Part shown: positions 30,936 through 39,509 of the stretch, one piece after another
Numbering within the stretch: the stretch's first letter is position 1
How the letters are laid out: each line of letters opens with the position of its first letter
Translations under genes and position numbers: made by a program
Origin: an uncultured bacterium
GTDB lineage: Bacteria > Oederibacteriota > JAAXVQ01 > JAUVAV01
DNA length: 64,000 nucleotides
Direction of reading: 5' to 3'
Assembly: GCA_963710755.1 (NCBI GenBank)
Contig: CAVQBK010000003.1
Coordinates: forward strand, 704,001-768,000
Notes under the pieces: model-generated
Database searches by the model: none
Seen by the model: the letters and a program-made list of their open reading frames with translations, nothing else
What the model was told of the DNA's origin: nothing

Positions 30936-31861
30936 GTTCTACCGGTACTTCTTTGGATCAACAAAGCATGCAACATCAGATTCGAACCTGGAAGGAGAAA
31001 CGCAAGGCCATCATTTTAGCTCACAATTACCAGTCGGCAGAAGTGCAGGATGTGGCCGACTTGTGCGGCGATTCCCTGGAACTGGCGCGCAAGGCCGCGG
31101 CGACGGATGCTGAGACCATTGTGTTTTGCGGTGTTCATTTCATGGCCGAAAGTGCCAAAATTTTATCCCCCCAAAAAACGGTGCTCCTGCCCGTACCCGA
31201 AGCCGGCTGTCCTATGGCGGATATGGTGACCGCCCCGTCGCTGGCCGCCTTTAAGCAGGCCCATCCGGATACAGCCATCGTGGCCTATGTTAATTCCTCA
31301 GCTGAAGTCAAAGCTGAATCGGATTATTGCTGCACCTCGGCCAATGCCGTTACCCTGGTCAATGCCATCCCGGAGCGGAAAATTCTTTTTGTGCCCGACA
31401 AAAATCTGGGTCATTGGGTTAAGCGCCATACGGATAAGGACGTGACGCTATGGGACGGCTTTTGCGCTACTCATGACCTGATCACTGTGGCCGATGTGGT
31501 TAAAGCCAGAGCAGCCCATGGGGAAGCTCAATTGCTCGTCCACCCTGAATGTAAGCCCGAAATTTGTGATATGGCCGATGCCGTTTTGTCCACGTCCCAA
31601 ATGATTGCCTATGCGCAAAAAAGTGCCCACCAAGCTTTTATTATTGCTACAGAGGTAGGCCTGTTGCATGCGCTGCAAAAAGCCAATCCCCACAAACAGT
31701 TTTATGCGGTCAACGAAGACATGTACTGTCCCAACATGAAATTAACAGACATCCATGATGTTATCAAAGCCCTGGTGGAATTTGAAACTCAGATCACGGT
31801 GCCTGAGGCTGTGCAAAAAAAAGCCGTGGCTGCCCTAGAAGCCATGATTCGCTATGGATGA
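30932..31861 (+). CDS. nadA: Quinolinate synthase
   Basis: [23 protein letters not shown] and CPNMK motifs. Confidence 0.97.
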   Translation: MSSTGTSLDQQSMQHQIRTWKEKRKAIILAHNYQSAEVQDVADLCGDSLELARKAAATDAETIVFCGVHFMAESAKILSPQKTVLLPVPEAGCPMADMVTAPSLAAFKQAHPDTAIVAYVNSSAEVKAESDYCCTSANAVTLVNAIPERKILFVPDKNLGHWVKRHTDKDVTLWDGFCATHDLITVADVVKARAAHGEAQLLVHPECKPEICDMADAVLSTSQMIAYAQKSAHQAFIIATEVGLLHALQKANPHKQFYAVNEDMYCPNMKLTDIHDVIKALVEFETQITVPEAVQKKAVAALEAMIRYG

Positions 31862-31994
31862 TGGTGGTCGTCTAGGCTCCTATCAAGGTATTAATCAGCC
31901 CAACTAACCCCGGCTGCCGTTGGAATAACGCCTCATTGGAAGGTCTTACATGAACAAGCTGTGTTCAGCTTGTTGGTGCCTCAAAGGATTGCTT

Positions 31995-32807
31995 ATGAAA
32001 ACAACACTTAGAATTGGTATTTTTGGCTGCGGCGCCATTGGTCGCACTTTGGCGCAAGCCATTACTAGTGGCAAGCTTCCCGGCGCCATCTTGACGGCTG
32101 GTTATGACATTGATGAATCCAAATTAACCACCATGCGAGAGTTGGGCTTGAAGGTGACTGCCTCCCGGGACAAGCTCATCGCAATTTCCGATCTGGTGGT
32201 GGAAGCTGCGGGCATGGCCTCGGTACCGGCACTGGCCCAAGCCATATTGGCCGCGCGTAAGCAGTTGTTGGTGATGTCCGTGGGTGCGCTGTTAAAGCAC
32301 CATAGTTTGCTGAAACAATTCGAGCAGCATCATTGTAATCTATATTTCCCTTCCGGGGCTGTGGCTGGTTTGGATGCCTTGAAAGCCGCCAAGGCTGGGG
32401 GGCCGATCACCTCCGTCATGCTGAGGACGACCAAACCACCAAAGGGGCTGGCGGGCGCACCGTTTTTTGAAGAGCACCCTTTGGATCTGGCCCGTATTAA
32501 AAAAAAGACCCTTATCTTTTCGGGTACGGCTAAAGAGGCAGTGCGTTGGTTTCCGGCCAACATCAATGTGGCGGCCGCCATTTCCCTGGTGGGCATCGGT
32601 CCTGAGAAAACACGGGTGGAAATCGAAGCAGATCCCAAGAGCCAAAGCAACAAACATGAGCTTTTTATTGAAGGATCGGTAGGAAAAATCGAATGCCGTA
32701 CTGAAAATGTGCCTTCGCCCCACAATCCCAAAACCAGTTTTCTGGCTACCGCTTCGGTGCTAGCCCTGTTAAAGGCGATTATTGGTGGGGAACGTTTCGG
32801 TACCTAA
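31995..32807 (+). CDS. nadX: L-aspartate dehydrogenase
   Basis: GCGAIG, SVGAL, PSGA..GLD, FPANINVAA and NPKTS motifs; directly after nadA. Confidence 0.9.
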   Translation: MKTTLRIGIFGCGAIGRTLAQAITSGKLPGAILTAGYDIDESKLTTMRELGLKVTASRDKLIAISDLVVEAAGMASVPALAQAILAARKQLLVMSVGALLKHHSLLKQFEQHHCNLYFPSGAVAGLDALKAAKAGGPITSVMLRTTKPPKGLAGAPFFEEHPLDLARIKKKTLIFSGTAKEAVRWFPANINVAAAISLVGIGPEKTRVEIEADPKSQSNKHELFIEGSVGKIECRTENVPSPHNPKTSFLATASVLALLKAIIGGERFGT

Positions 32808-32831
32808 CCTCAAAGATGACGAGGTGGGCGG

Positions 32832-33215
32832 ATGACGGCCAGCAGATGGCCAGGCTTATGCCTGGCGGTAGTAATTCTATTCGTTCCCAATATGCAATGC
32901 CGGGCTGAAACTCAAGACCACTTTAAACAAGCAGCTGATGAACAAGGAAAGGCCTTGGAGCAATCGGTGTAGTCCCTGCAGCAAAGCGCCTCCCCAAACC
33001 TGGGCCCGTCTATGAAAAAAACGGCGTGCCAACTGGAACATGCAGCCACGGACACAGAAAAAGGCTACCCGATCAGCCGGCCGAGAAAGCAATCATTGGT
33101 ATACCCAGGCCGGTAAAGTCCTGGGCATGGGTTGCGTCAACCGGGGTGTTGGTTGAAGGGGCAATACTGCTGAAGCCGTTGCCGTTCCTCCCGGTGGTTC
33201 AGGACAATAGCATGG
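32832..33215 (+). pseudogene. Decayed duplicate of the 35801..36136 gene plus the first codons of the 36133 gene
   Basis: Translates MTASRWPG...QDHFKQAADEQGKALEQSV*SLQQSASPNLGP...GRESNHWY.QAG, colinear with MATGKWPG...QDHLKKAADEMGKALEQSVQSLKQSASQNMGP...GRESNHWFIQAG; TAG at 32970 and two frameshifts. Confidence 0.9.
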
Positions 33216-33230
33216 TTTGTGTGCCTGCCA

Positions 33231-33462
33231 CCATTTAACCCCGCGATATTCATACGCCAGATAGATACGTGTATCGCCGGAGGCTAGATCTGGCACACGA
33301 TGGATTTTGGAATCATACATCATGCCGCAAGCCTGGCAAACTGATTTTTTACCGGCGTTGCAGAGTGATAATTCGGGCGGATGAGCCCCCCAGCATGCCT
33401 TTTAAGTGTAACCGGTCGCGGAATCCTGAAAACGGTCAGTGTCAAAGGGGTCGGTCTTGCAA
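33231..33462 (-). mobile_element. ISL3-family transposase remnant (5' fragment)
   Basis: Minus strand reads FSGFR...KGMLG...ARIITLQRR*K, then after a shift KSVCQACGMMYDSKIHRVPDLASGDTRIYLAYEYRGV, matching the ISL3 zinc-finger/RxRDL..GD.RIYL N-terminus. Confidence 0.7.
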
Positions 33463-33562
33463 AAATACTTTGCGGCGTAAAGTGGTTTAAAAGTAAAAAG
33501 TCATAAAGCAAGCCGTCTGCTTGGAATACCCGCAACCAAAACCCTATTGCCTTCCGATGACG

Positions 33563-34453
33563 TCATCCTTCTTTGAGCACGGGTGTGAGGATGAATGCCT
33601 TGGACAGGGCGAGAAGGCCGGACACGGCTTTCATATCTTCCCGGCTTAGATTCAGCAGTTTCGCCGAGGATAAATGTGAAACCATCTTGGAGTAGGGGTA
33701 ATCTTCCACCTGGAATCCCGCTGTTTCAAAGAAAACTTGTACCTCTTTTTCGTCAGCGAAAAGATTACGCCCCAATTCACTACCGGTGCTGTTCGCAAGT
33801 CGGGCGCGCCGTTCTTGCGCGGCTTGGTCCAGGCGCATACTGGCTTCCAAATGCTGCCTGGTGTTAACATCCGTCGCAATCCATATGCCGGGCTGCCTGG
33901 TGAGAATGTCGTGAACGTTATTGGCCAATACCCGTTGTTCCTCACGGCTGAAGTAGGGGAATAATCCTTCCGTGATGATGGCGACGGACCGATCGGGCGA
34001 GAAAACCTCGGCCGCCTTGAGCAGGCTGTTAAGATCCAGGGCGTTGGCCGTCTTGAAGTGAAGATTTGGCCGATGAAGATTCCGCCGTGCAAGAAGGGCT
34101 TCGACGATGGCTTTCTCCTCCTCCAGAATTTGCGGCAGGTCCGTGCTGACATAGACCACCCCGGGGTTTTCGGTCATCACCAGGCCGCGGGGCGACAGTC
34201 CTGCGGCAACTTCCAGAACTTGCGTCAGGTCTCGTTGAGCGATGATTTGATTGGTGGCCTTGTAGCGCGCTTCCCAATAAGGGCTGACCTTAACGAGTGA
34301 TGCCTTGCTCTCGCCCGCGAGCGCTTGATAAACTTTTTCGGCGTTGCTCTCGCCGGCAATTTCCTTGGCAAAGGGAATATCGGAGAACGTCCGGAGGTAA
34401 GCCACGAATTTCGCAGTAGGACTAATCTTCTCGTAAGTCTTTTCCATCATCAT
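33563..34453 (-). CDS. Class I SAM-dependent methyltransferase (LCM/O-methyltransferase-like)
   Basis: ISPTA..VAY.R, QVLEVAAGLSPRG, TDLP and ITEGLFPY motifs; AGGAGG RBS. Confidence 0.85.
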   Translation of the reverse strand: MMMEKTYEKISPTAKFVAYLRTFSDIPFAKEIAGESNAEKVYQALAGESKASLVKVSPYWEARYKATNQIIAQRDLTQVLEVAAGLSPRGLVMTENPGVVYVSTDLPQILEEEKAIVEALLARRNLHRPNLHFKTANALDLNSLLKAAEVFSPDRSVAIITEGLFPYFSREEQRVLANNVHDILTRQPGIWIATDVNTRQHLEASMRLDQAAQERRARLANSTGSELGRNLFADEKEVQVFFETAGFQVEDYPYSKMVSHLSSAKLLNLSREDMKAVSGLLALSKAFILTPVLKEG

Positions 34454-34508
34454 GCCTCCTGTTTTTAGCCGGGATCCATCGGGAAATAAGATATAAACTA
34501 TTTAATAT

Positions 34509-34523
34509 GCAACACAATGTTGC
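34509..34523. promoter_or_regulatory. Candidate TetR operator
   Basis: Palindrome GCAACA-caa-TGTTGC in the divergent intergenic region; extra GCAACA half-site at 34561. Confidence 0.55.
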
Positions 34524-34605
34524 TAAACTCATCATAGGGATGTTGGGTAATGCCTGTCAAGCAACAGAACACCGCTCCTGTAGCATAAGAAACGGAGGAA
34601 CCGCA

Positions 34606-35241
34606 ATGTCGTCGGGAAAAGAAGATCTTCGTGTCCGTCGAACGCGCCTTATGTTAAAGAAGGCACTGATTGATCTTTGCGTGGAGAAAGGTTTTTCTGC
34701 CGTGTCGGTCGGGATGATCGCGGAGCGCGCGATGGTGAACAGGGTGACCTTCTATCGTCACTTCCACGACAAGTATGACCTAGCAAGCACTGTTTTTGGT
34801 GACGCTATCGAGGAGCTTCAGAAAGAGATGGGACCACCGAGACGCAGCCTTGGCCAGATTGCCCAGATCCCCGCCGCGACCGTGCCCCTACCTTTCGTGC
34901 GCTTCTTCGAACATATCGCGGCCAACCGCCGCCTCTACGCCGCGATGATGAGAAGCAACGGGGATCCTTGGTTCAGCACGCACCTCCGCGAACATCTCGG
35001 GGCGATGCTGGAGACGCGCTTTCTTGCTCAGGAGAACCTGCAGCTCCTCCCCCGACAGGGAGGGTATGGCCTCATGACGCGCAAGGTGGCGGTCGGCATG
35101 CTGTCAGCGGCGCTCGTTGGTATGATCACGTGGTGGCTCGAGGAAGGCACGAAATATAAGGCCGAGCAGATGGCCCAATGGGTACGTCAGGTCATGCTCA
35201 AGGGCTTGGTGAGCAGCAGCACGAAGGGGCCGCCGGCCTAA
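34606..35241 (+). CDS. TetR/AcrR family transcriptional regulator
   Basis: DLRVRRTR..L..A...KGF...IAERA.VNR.TFY.HF.DKYDL HTH; GGAGG RBS; divergent from the methyltransferase. Confidence 0.93.
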   Translation: MSSGKEDLRVRRTRLMLKKALIDLCVEKGFSAVSVGMIAERAMVNRVTFYRHFHDKYDLASTVFGDAIEELQKEMGPPRRSLGQIAQIPAATVPLPFVRFFEHIAANRRLYAAMMRSNGDPWFSTHLREHLGAMLETRFLAQENLQLLPRQGGYGLMTRKVAVGMLSAALVGMITWWLEEGTKYKAEQMAQWVRQVMLKGLVSSSTKGPPA

Positions 35242-35800
35242 ACCCTGATTCAGACAGGGCCCAAGACCGGCATCAAGGCGGGAAAATTGAATTGCTTCTG
35301 TTTTTTCTTGTCATTTTATCTTTTTATTCATATTCTCTTGTAAGCTGGTCAACCTGGAATAAAACTATAGTCTCACGCATACCCCGCAGGCACAAGCAGG
35401 TGCAAAAGTAAGCGACTTTCTAAAATTATCCTCACCCTCGCTCTTTTCCAAGAGGTGGTGTCACAACGCCTGGTTATAGGAATACAAGTACCCTATCGCC
35501 ACATTATATGGGAAGAGGGTAGGGGGCCATTAATAAATCTTTAAAGCTTTTAAAGCTTAAATGTTTTTCCCCGTAGTACAAACCGGGGACACTATTTGCA
35601 AAGTAGACCGGACCTATGGTTTGCAGGTAAAACCAAGGACGCTTGTTATGAAAGTGCAGCTGTAGAATTGTAGTGGCCGTTTTCTTGGAATCGATGAAAG
35701 CCATCCCCAGTGCAGAAAGCGGCCGGGCAGTGGTAACAGCAGGTTTGCTCCTGATGGCAGCGTTATCCGATTCTCTGCTTATGGAAAGAGAGGTGGGCCG

Positions 35801-36136
35801 ATGGCAACCGGCAAATGGCCTGGCATAATCGTACTGGTAATGATCGCATTGCTTCCGGGCCGATGGTGCGTTGCGGAAGCGCAAGACCATTTAAAAAAAG
35901 CGGCCGATGAAATGGGAAAGGCCTTGGAACAATCCGTACAGTCTCTAAAGCAAAGCGCCTCGCAAAACATGGGGCCGGCCTTGAAAAAAACAGGCCGCCA
36001 GTTGGAGCAGGCGGCCGCGGATACGGAACAGGCCGCCCGCTCAGTCGGCCGGGAAAGCAACCATTGGTTTATCCAGGCCGGTAGAGCACTGGGGCAGGGA
36101 CTGCGTCACCTGGGGCGTTGGTTAAAGGAGCGATGA
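35801..36136 (+). CDS. Small secreted amphipathic-helical hypothetical protein
   Basis: Signal peptide, Ala/Gln-rich helix, GAGG RBS; a decayed paralogue at 32832 supports this reading frame. Confidence 0.8.
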   Translation: MATGKWPGIIVLVMIALLPGRWCVAEAQDHLKKAADEMGKALEQSVQSLKQSASQNMGPALKKTGRQLEQAAADTEQAARSVGRESNHWFIQAGRALGQGLRHLGRWLKER

Positions 36137-36849
36137 TGTTGAAGCCCTTGCCGGTTATTCTGGTAGCTCGCGATAGCAGTTTGGCTACGCCCCCGGGTTT
36201 TCCGGCAACCGCTGTCAGGGAAAAACCTGTTTTCAGAAGCGTCCGCGCCATGGAGATTATGACGGCTTTGGAGCACCGGGTTAAAACCGTGCTTAAGAGC
36301 CCGCTGGACCGTCGCCTGCTCAATATCGATGCGCCGTCTTCACATGCCCTCATGCCGGGGCTTAGCCATCAACAACAGCACCACCTGCTCCACCAATATT
36401 ATGATCCTTTTCATCAAGCCTTAAGCAGCGCCTGCCGGGAAGACTCGATGCGTCTGGGTCTGTTGGTCTACATCCTGGAGGATTCGACAGCCACCGAAGG
36501 CTGTGTGCTCAGCCTGGATAATGGCGGGGACAGCGCCGGGGAGAAGAAGGGCAGGAGTCTGACCGGCCCACCTGCTTTGCTGAGGGATCTGTATGATGTG
36601 GCTTGTGCCGTGTTGGGCCCCTTGGGGCAGGACGTGAGGCTGAATGTCTGTAAGGACGAAGGTTATATTGCCGGGTACTATTACAGCCCTGTGTTGCCCT
36701 GGATACGGCTGGGTTTTCATCCTGCCTTTTTGATGGGCGGTTTGGACCGGCTATTTGAGCGCCATTGTCAAGTATTGCAAGAAAAGCTTCAGTCCATGAT
36801 TACCTATTTGTTTTCCGTGGAAGGCTGGTTGCCTGAGTATGCCTCCTGA
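36133..36849 (+). CDS. N-formylglutamate amidohydrolase-like protein (divergent)
   Basis: LL.QYYDPFHQAL, NGGD..G, V.LN...GYI and PWI pattern; canonical HxG and DxH metal motifs not seen. Confidence 0.55.
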   Translation: MMLKPLPVILVARDSSLATPPGFPATAVREKPVFRSVRAMEIMTALEHRVKTVLKSPLDRRLLNIDAPSSHALMPGLSHQQQHHLLHQYYDPFHQALSSACREDSMRLGLLVYILEDSTATEGCVLSLDNGGDSAGEKKGRSLTGPPALLRDLYDVACAVLGPLGQDVRLNVCKDEGYIAGYYYSPVLPWIRLGFHPAFLMGGLDRLFERHCQVLQEKLQSMITYLFSVEGWLPEYAS

Positions 36850-37716
36850 ACGGTTGTTGGGCGCCCATCTTTCCACCCAAGGCGGCACATGCTGGCCTTG
36901 TTAGCGCGAGCTAAGGCTATCGGTGCCCAAACCGTGCAACTTTTTGCAGCCAATCCCCGATCTTGGCAAGGACGTTCCATCAGCCAGGAAGAAGCAGATG
37001 TATTTTTAAGCCAGCAGGCCCATTTTGGTGTACGCCAGGTGGTGATTCATGCCATTTACCTGGTCAACCTGGCTTCACCGCGGGAGGATGTGCGGGAAAA
37101 CTCACTGCAGGCCTTGCGACGGGATCTTCAGTCGGCTCAGCTGCTGCGGGCCGCAGCCGTGGTGGTCCATCCGGGATCACACGTAGGCCGGCCTGGGGGC
37201 AGAGAGCGCCTCATTGCGGGCCTCCAGGTATTACAGTCCAGTATCCCGTTGGGTTGTAAACTGCTGCTGGAAGGCATGGCCGGCGCAAAAAACAGTTTGG
37301 GCGATCTTAGAACCCTGGGTCAGGTTCTTAAGAGGGTGGGAATAAAACAATTTGGCCTGTGCTTGGACAGTGCCCATCTTTTTGCCAGCGGCTATGACCT
37401 GCGAAGCGAGGATGGCGTCAAGATGCTGGAAATGGATGTGAAACGTTATGTGGGGGGGAGCCGCACCATCGGCTGTGTTCATTTGAATGATGCCAAACAT
37501 CCCTGCGGTTCGAAAAGAGATCAACACGAAAACCTGGGGGCTGGCACCATCGGCCGTGCGGGGCTGGTCAAGTTGCTGGCCCTGCCCATGCTCAGCCACT
37601 GTGCGGTGATCATGGAAACGCCCGGCTTCAACCAATTGGGACCGGATAAAAAAAATATGCAGCGCTTGCGCAGCCTGGCACGTCTGGCTGGGCAGCAAGG
37701 CCACAAGGAGTCATGA
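36839..37716 (+). CDS. nfo: Endonuclease IV (AP endonuclease 2) with an apparent frameshift near codon 17
   Basis: LLGAHLSTQGG in the ATG-36839 frame; HAIYLVNLAS, HPGS, CLDSAH, HLND, DQHE and METP in the 36889 frame. Confidence 0.85.
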
Positions 37717-39425
37717 AGGTTATGGAAGCAGTACGCGACAAAGCCACGATGGAAAAATATTCATCGGCCTTTACCATCTCTGATATGGAAGTCTATCTTT
37801 TTCCCGAGCTGATGATGGCCCTGGTGTTGGCCAATATCATGTCCCAACGCCTGTGGGCCTGGAAAAAGGATCCCTGGTTTGCCGGGTTGGAGAAAATGAC
37901 CTGGAATCGAAAGCTACAACGGCTCAAGCAGTTTATTATGGATCATTACAGTTTCAACCTCGATCTGGAAACATGGGGCTTGACCACCAAGGAAAAAGAA
38001 TTGAGCCGCTTTGGAAGTTTTGTGGATCCCGATGTTTTTTCCCGGGCCAATGCGCTCTTTGGTTATGAAGGGGATCGTTATTATTTCGACATGGATATCC
38101 GCCGGCATTTTGGGCTGGACAAATTCACCAGCAATGTCATCCCCTACTGGAAGACCGAAACGGTTGAAGCCATGGATGCCTTTAAATATAAGCATGGCTA
38201 CCGCCGGGGGGCAGGGGAATGCGTTTCTTTGGCGGCGTTGTATGCGGCTGCTTTATTTGTGGTGTTGGAGGTGCCTCTGGAGGATATTTTTTTGATGGCC
38301 ACACCGCTGCACAGTCAGAACTTTTTGCTGGTGGAAGAAGGCATTATTACCAATAATCGCCGGCTGGTGACCAAGACCATGTGGTTCAATGGCACGGAAT
38401 TGACGGACAAGGCCCGCCGGGCGCTGACCCACGAGCGGGTAACCATCGTCTCCCATATTTCAGGCTACATCCATATTGATCAACAGCAAGCCACCATTGC
38501 ACCGGTGGCCTATCAGCGGTTCAAGCAACATTTGCAGACTTATTTAACCACGGGTCTGACCTTTGAGGTGTTTATCAACTTTCTGCGCGTTTACAGCCAA
38601 TATCGCCGTTATTTTCAATTTGAATATCAGCATCAGGGTCATCGCTACTATATTACGGCCGAAAATTTGTTCTGTTATGAGCATGGCAGTAAAAACCGCA
38701 TCGGCGACAACACCCGGAAGAAGTTGATGGAAGAAGTGGAAACCGAAGATTTTGAATTGCAGGCGTATGGAGAACGCTTTATTTTAAATGTGTTGGAAGC
38801 TTCACTCAACGGTCAGTCGCTAAGTTGCCAGGATGGCCAGTTAAACTCTTTTTTACAAGACGTGCTGGCGGGGTTTCCTGCCTTGGAAGATTTAGAAAAA
38901 GACTTGTGCTGTTTTATTCGTCTTGAGCCGCAGTTACCTGCGCAGGATAAAGTTTTTACATCCGCTCCTGAGTTGGTGTTGAGTCCGGCCATGGGGAGGA
39001 AAGGTATCATTACCTATTTACAACAGCAACGGGAGAGGCATGAAACCGCGGCGTTGGCTTTTTATGCCCATCGGCATTTGGATGAAAAAGGCTGGGCTCC
39101 TTTTCTGAAGGCCTGCTGGGAGCGCAATCCGGTTTCCCAACAGCGCTTTGGCGGCCTGAGTCCGGAGGCCATTTATGTCACGCTCCAAGCCTGGCCACAG
39201 GCCTCCATTTATGACGACCAAGGTCTGGCCACTCCCGATGAAGTGGCTAATTTTGAACGTGGTGATGGACTGGAAAAAGCACTGCTTCTGGCCAATGTTC
39301 TGTTGAGTCGCGAACGCCAACCAGGCCGTTTATCCTGTCAGGGGTCACACGTCATCTTGAGCTGGGGCAGCCATCAATTTGGATTTATTTCCAGCAAAGG
39401 CTATCACTTGAACTGGCCGTTGTAA
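37713..39425 (+). CDS. Hypothetical protein with transglutaminase-like motifs
   Basis: 570-aa ORF, AAGGAG RBS, ATGA overlap with nfo; GAGECVSLA...PLHSQNF and a second PDEV...RGDGLEKA motif. Confidence 0.75.
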   Translation: MKVMEAVRDKATMEKYSSAFTISDMEVYLFPELMMALVLANIMSQRLWAWKKDPWFAGLEKMTWNRKLQRLKQFIMDHYSFNLDLETWGLTTKEKELSRFGSFVDPDVFSRANALFGYEGDRYYFDMDIRRHFGLDKFTSNVIPYWKTETVEAMDAFKYKHGYRRGAGECVSLAALYAAALFVVLEVPLEDIFLMATPLHSQNFLLVEEGIITNNRRLVTKTMWFNGTELTDKARRALTHERVTIVSHISGYIHIDQQQATIAPVAYQRFKQHLQTYLTTGLTFEVFINFLRVYSQYRRYFQFEYQHQGHRYYITAENLFCYEHGSKNRIGDNTRKKLMEEVETEDFELQAYGERFILNVLEASLNGQSLSCQDGQLNSFLQDVLAGFPALEDLEKDLCCFIRLEPQLPAQDKVFTSAPELVLSPAMGRKGIITYLQQQRERHETAALAFYAHRHLDEKGWAPFLKACWERNPVSQQRFGGLSPEAIYVTLQAWPQASIYDDQGLATPDEVANFERGDGLEKALLLANVLLSRERQPGRLSCQGSHVILSWGSHQFGFISSKGYHLNWPL

Positions 39426-39509
39426 AGCCGTTCGCATAGTCCGTCGATGCTTGGGGCGGAGGCCGACCCCCATAAGGCGGGTTCCAAGTGGAAAAAAGGA
39501 AATGCAACA

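Noticed and set aside
32970-32972. In-frame TAG with homology continuing afterwards (pyrrolysine or stop read-through?)
   Set aside because: Two downstream frameshifts show a pseudogene; TAG is used as a normal stop elsewhere (e.g. tmk, folK)
35585-35600. Sigma54-like GG-N10-GC site (GGGGACACTATTTGCA)
   Set aside because: Poor match to TGGCAC and about 200 nt from the next gene; could be chance
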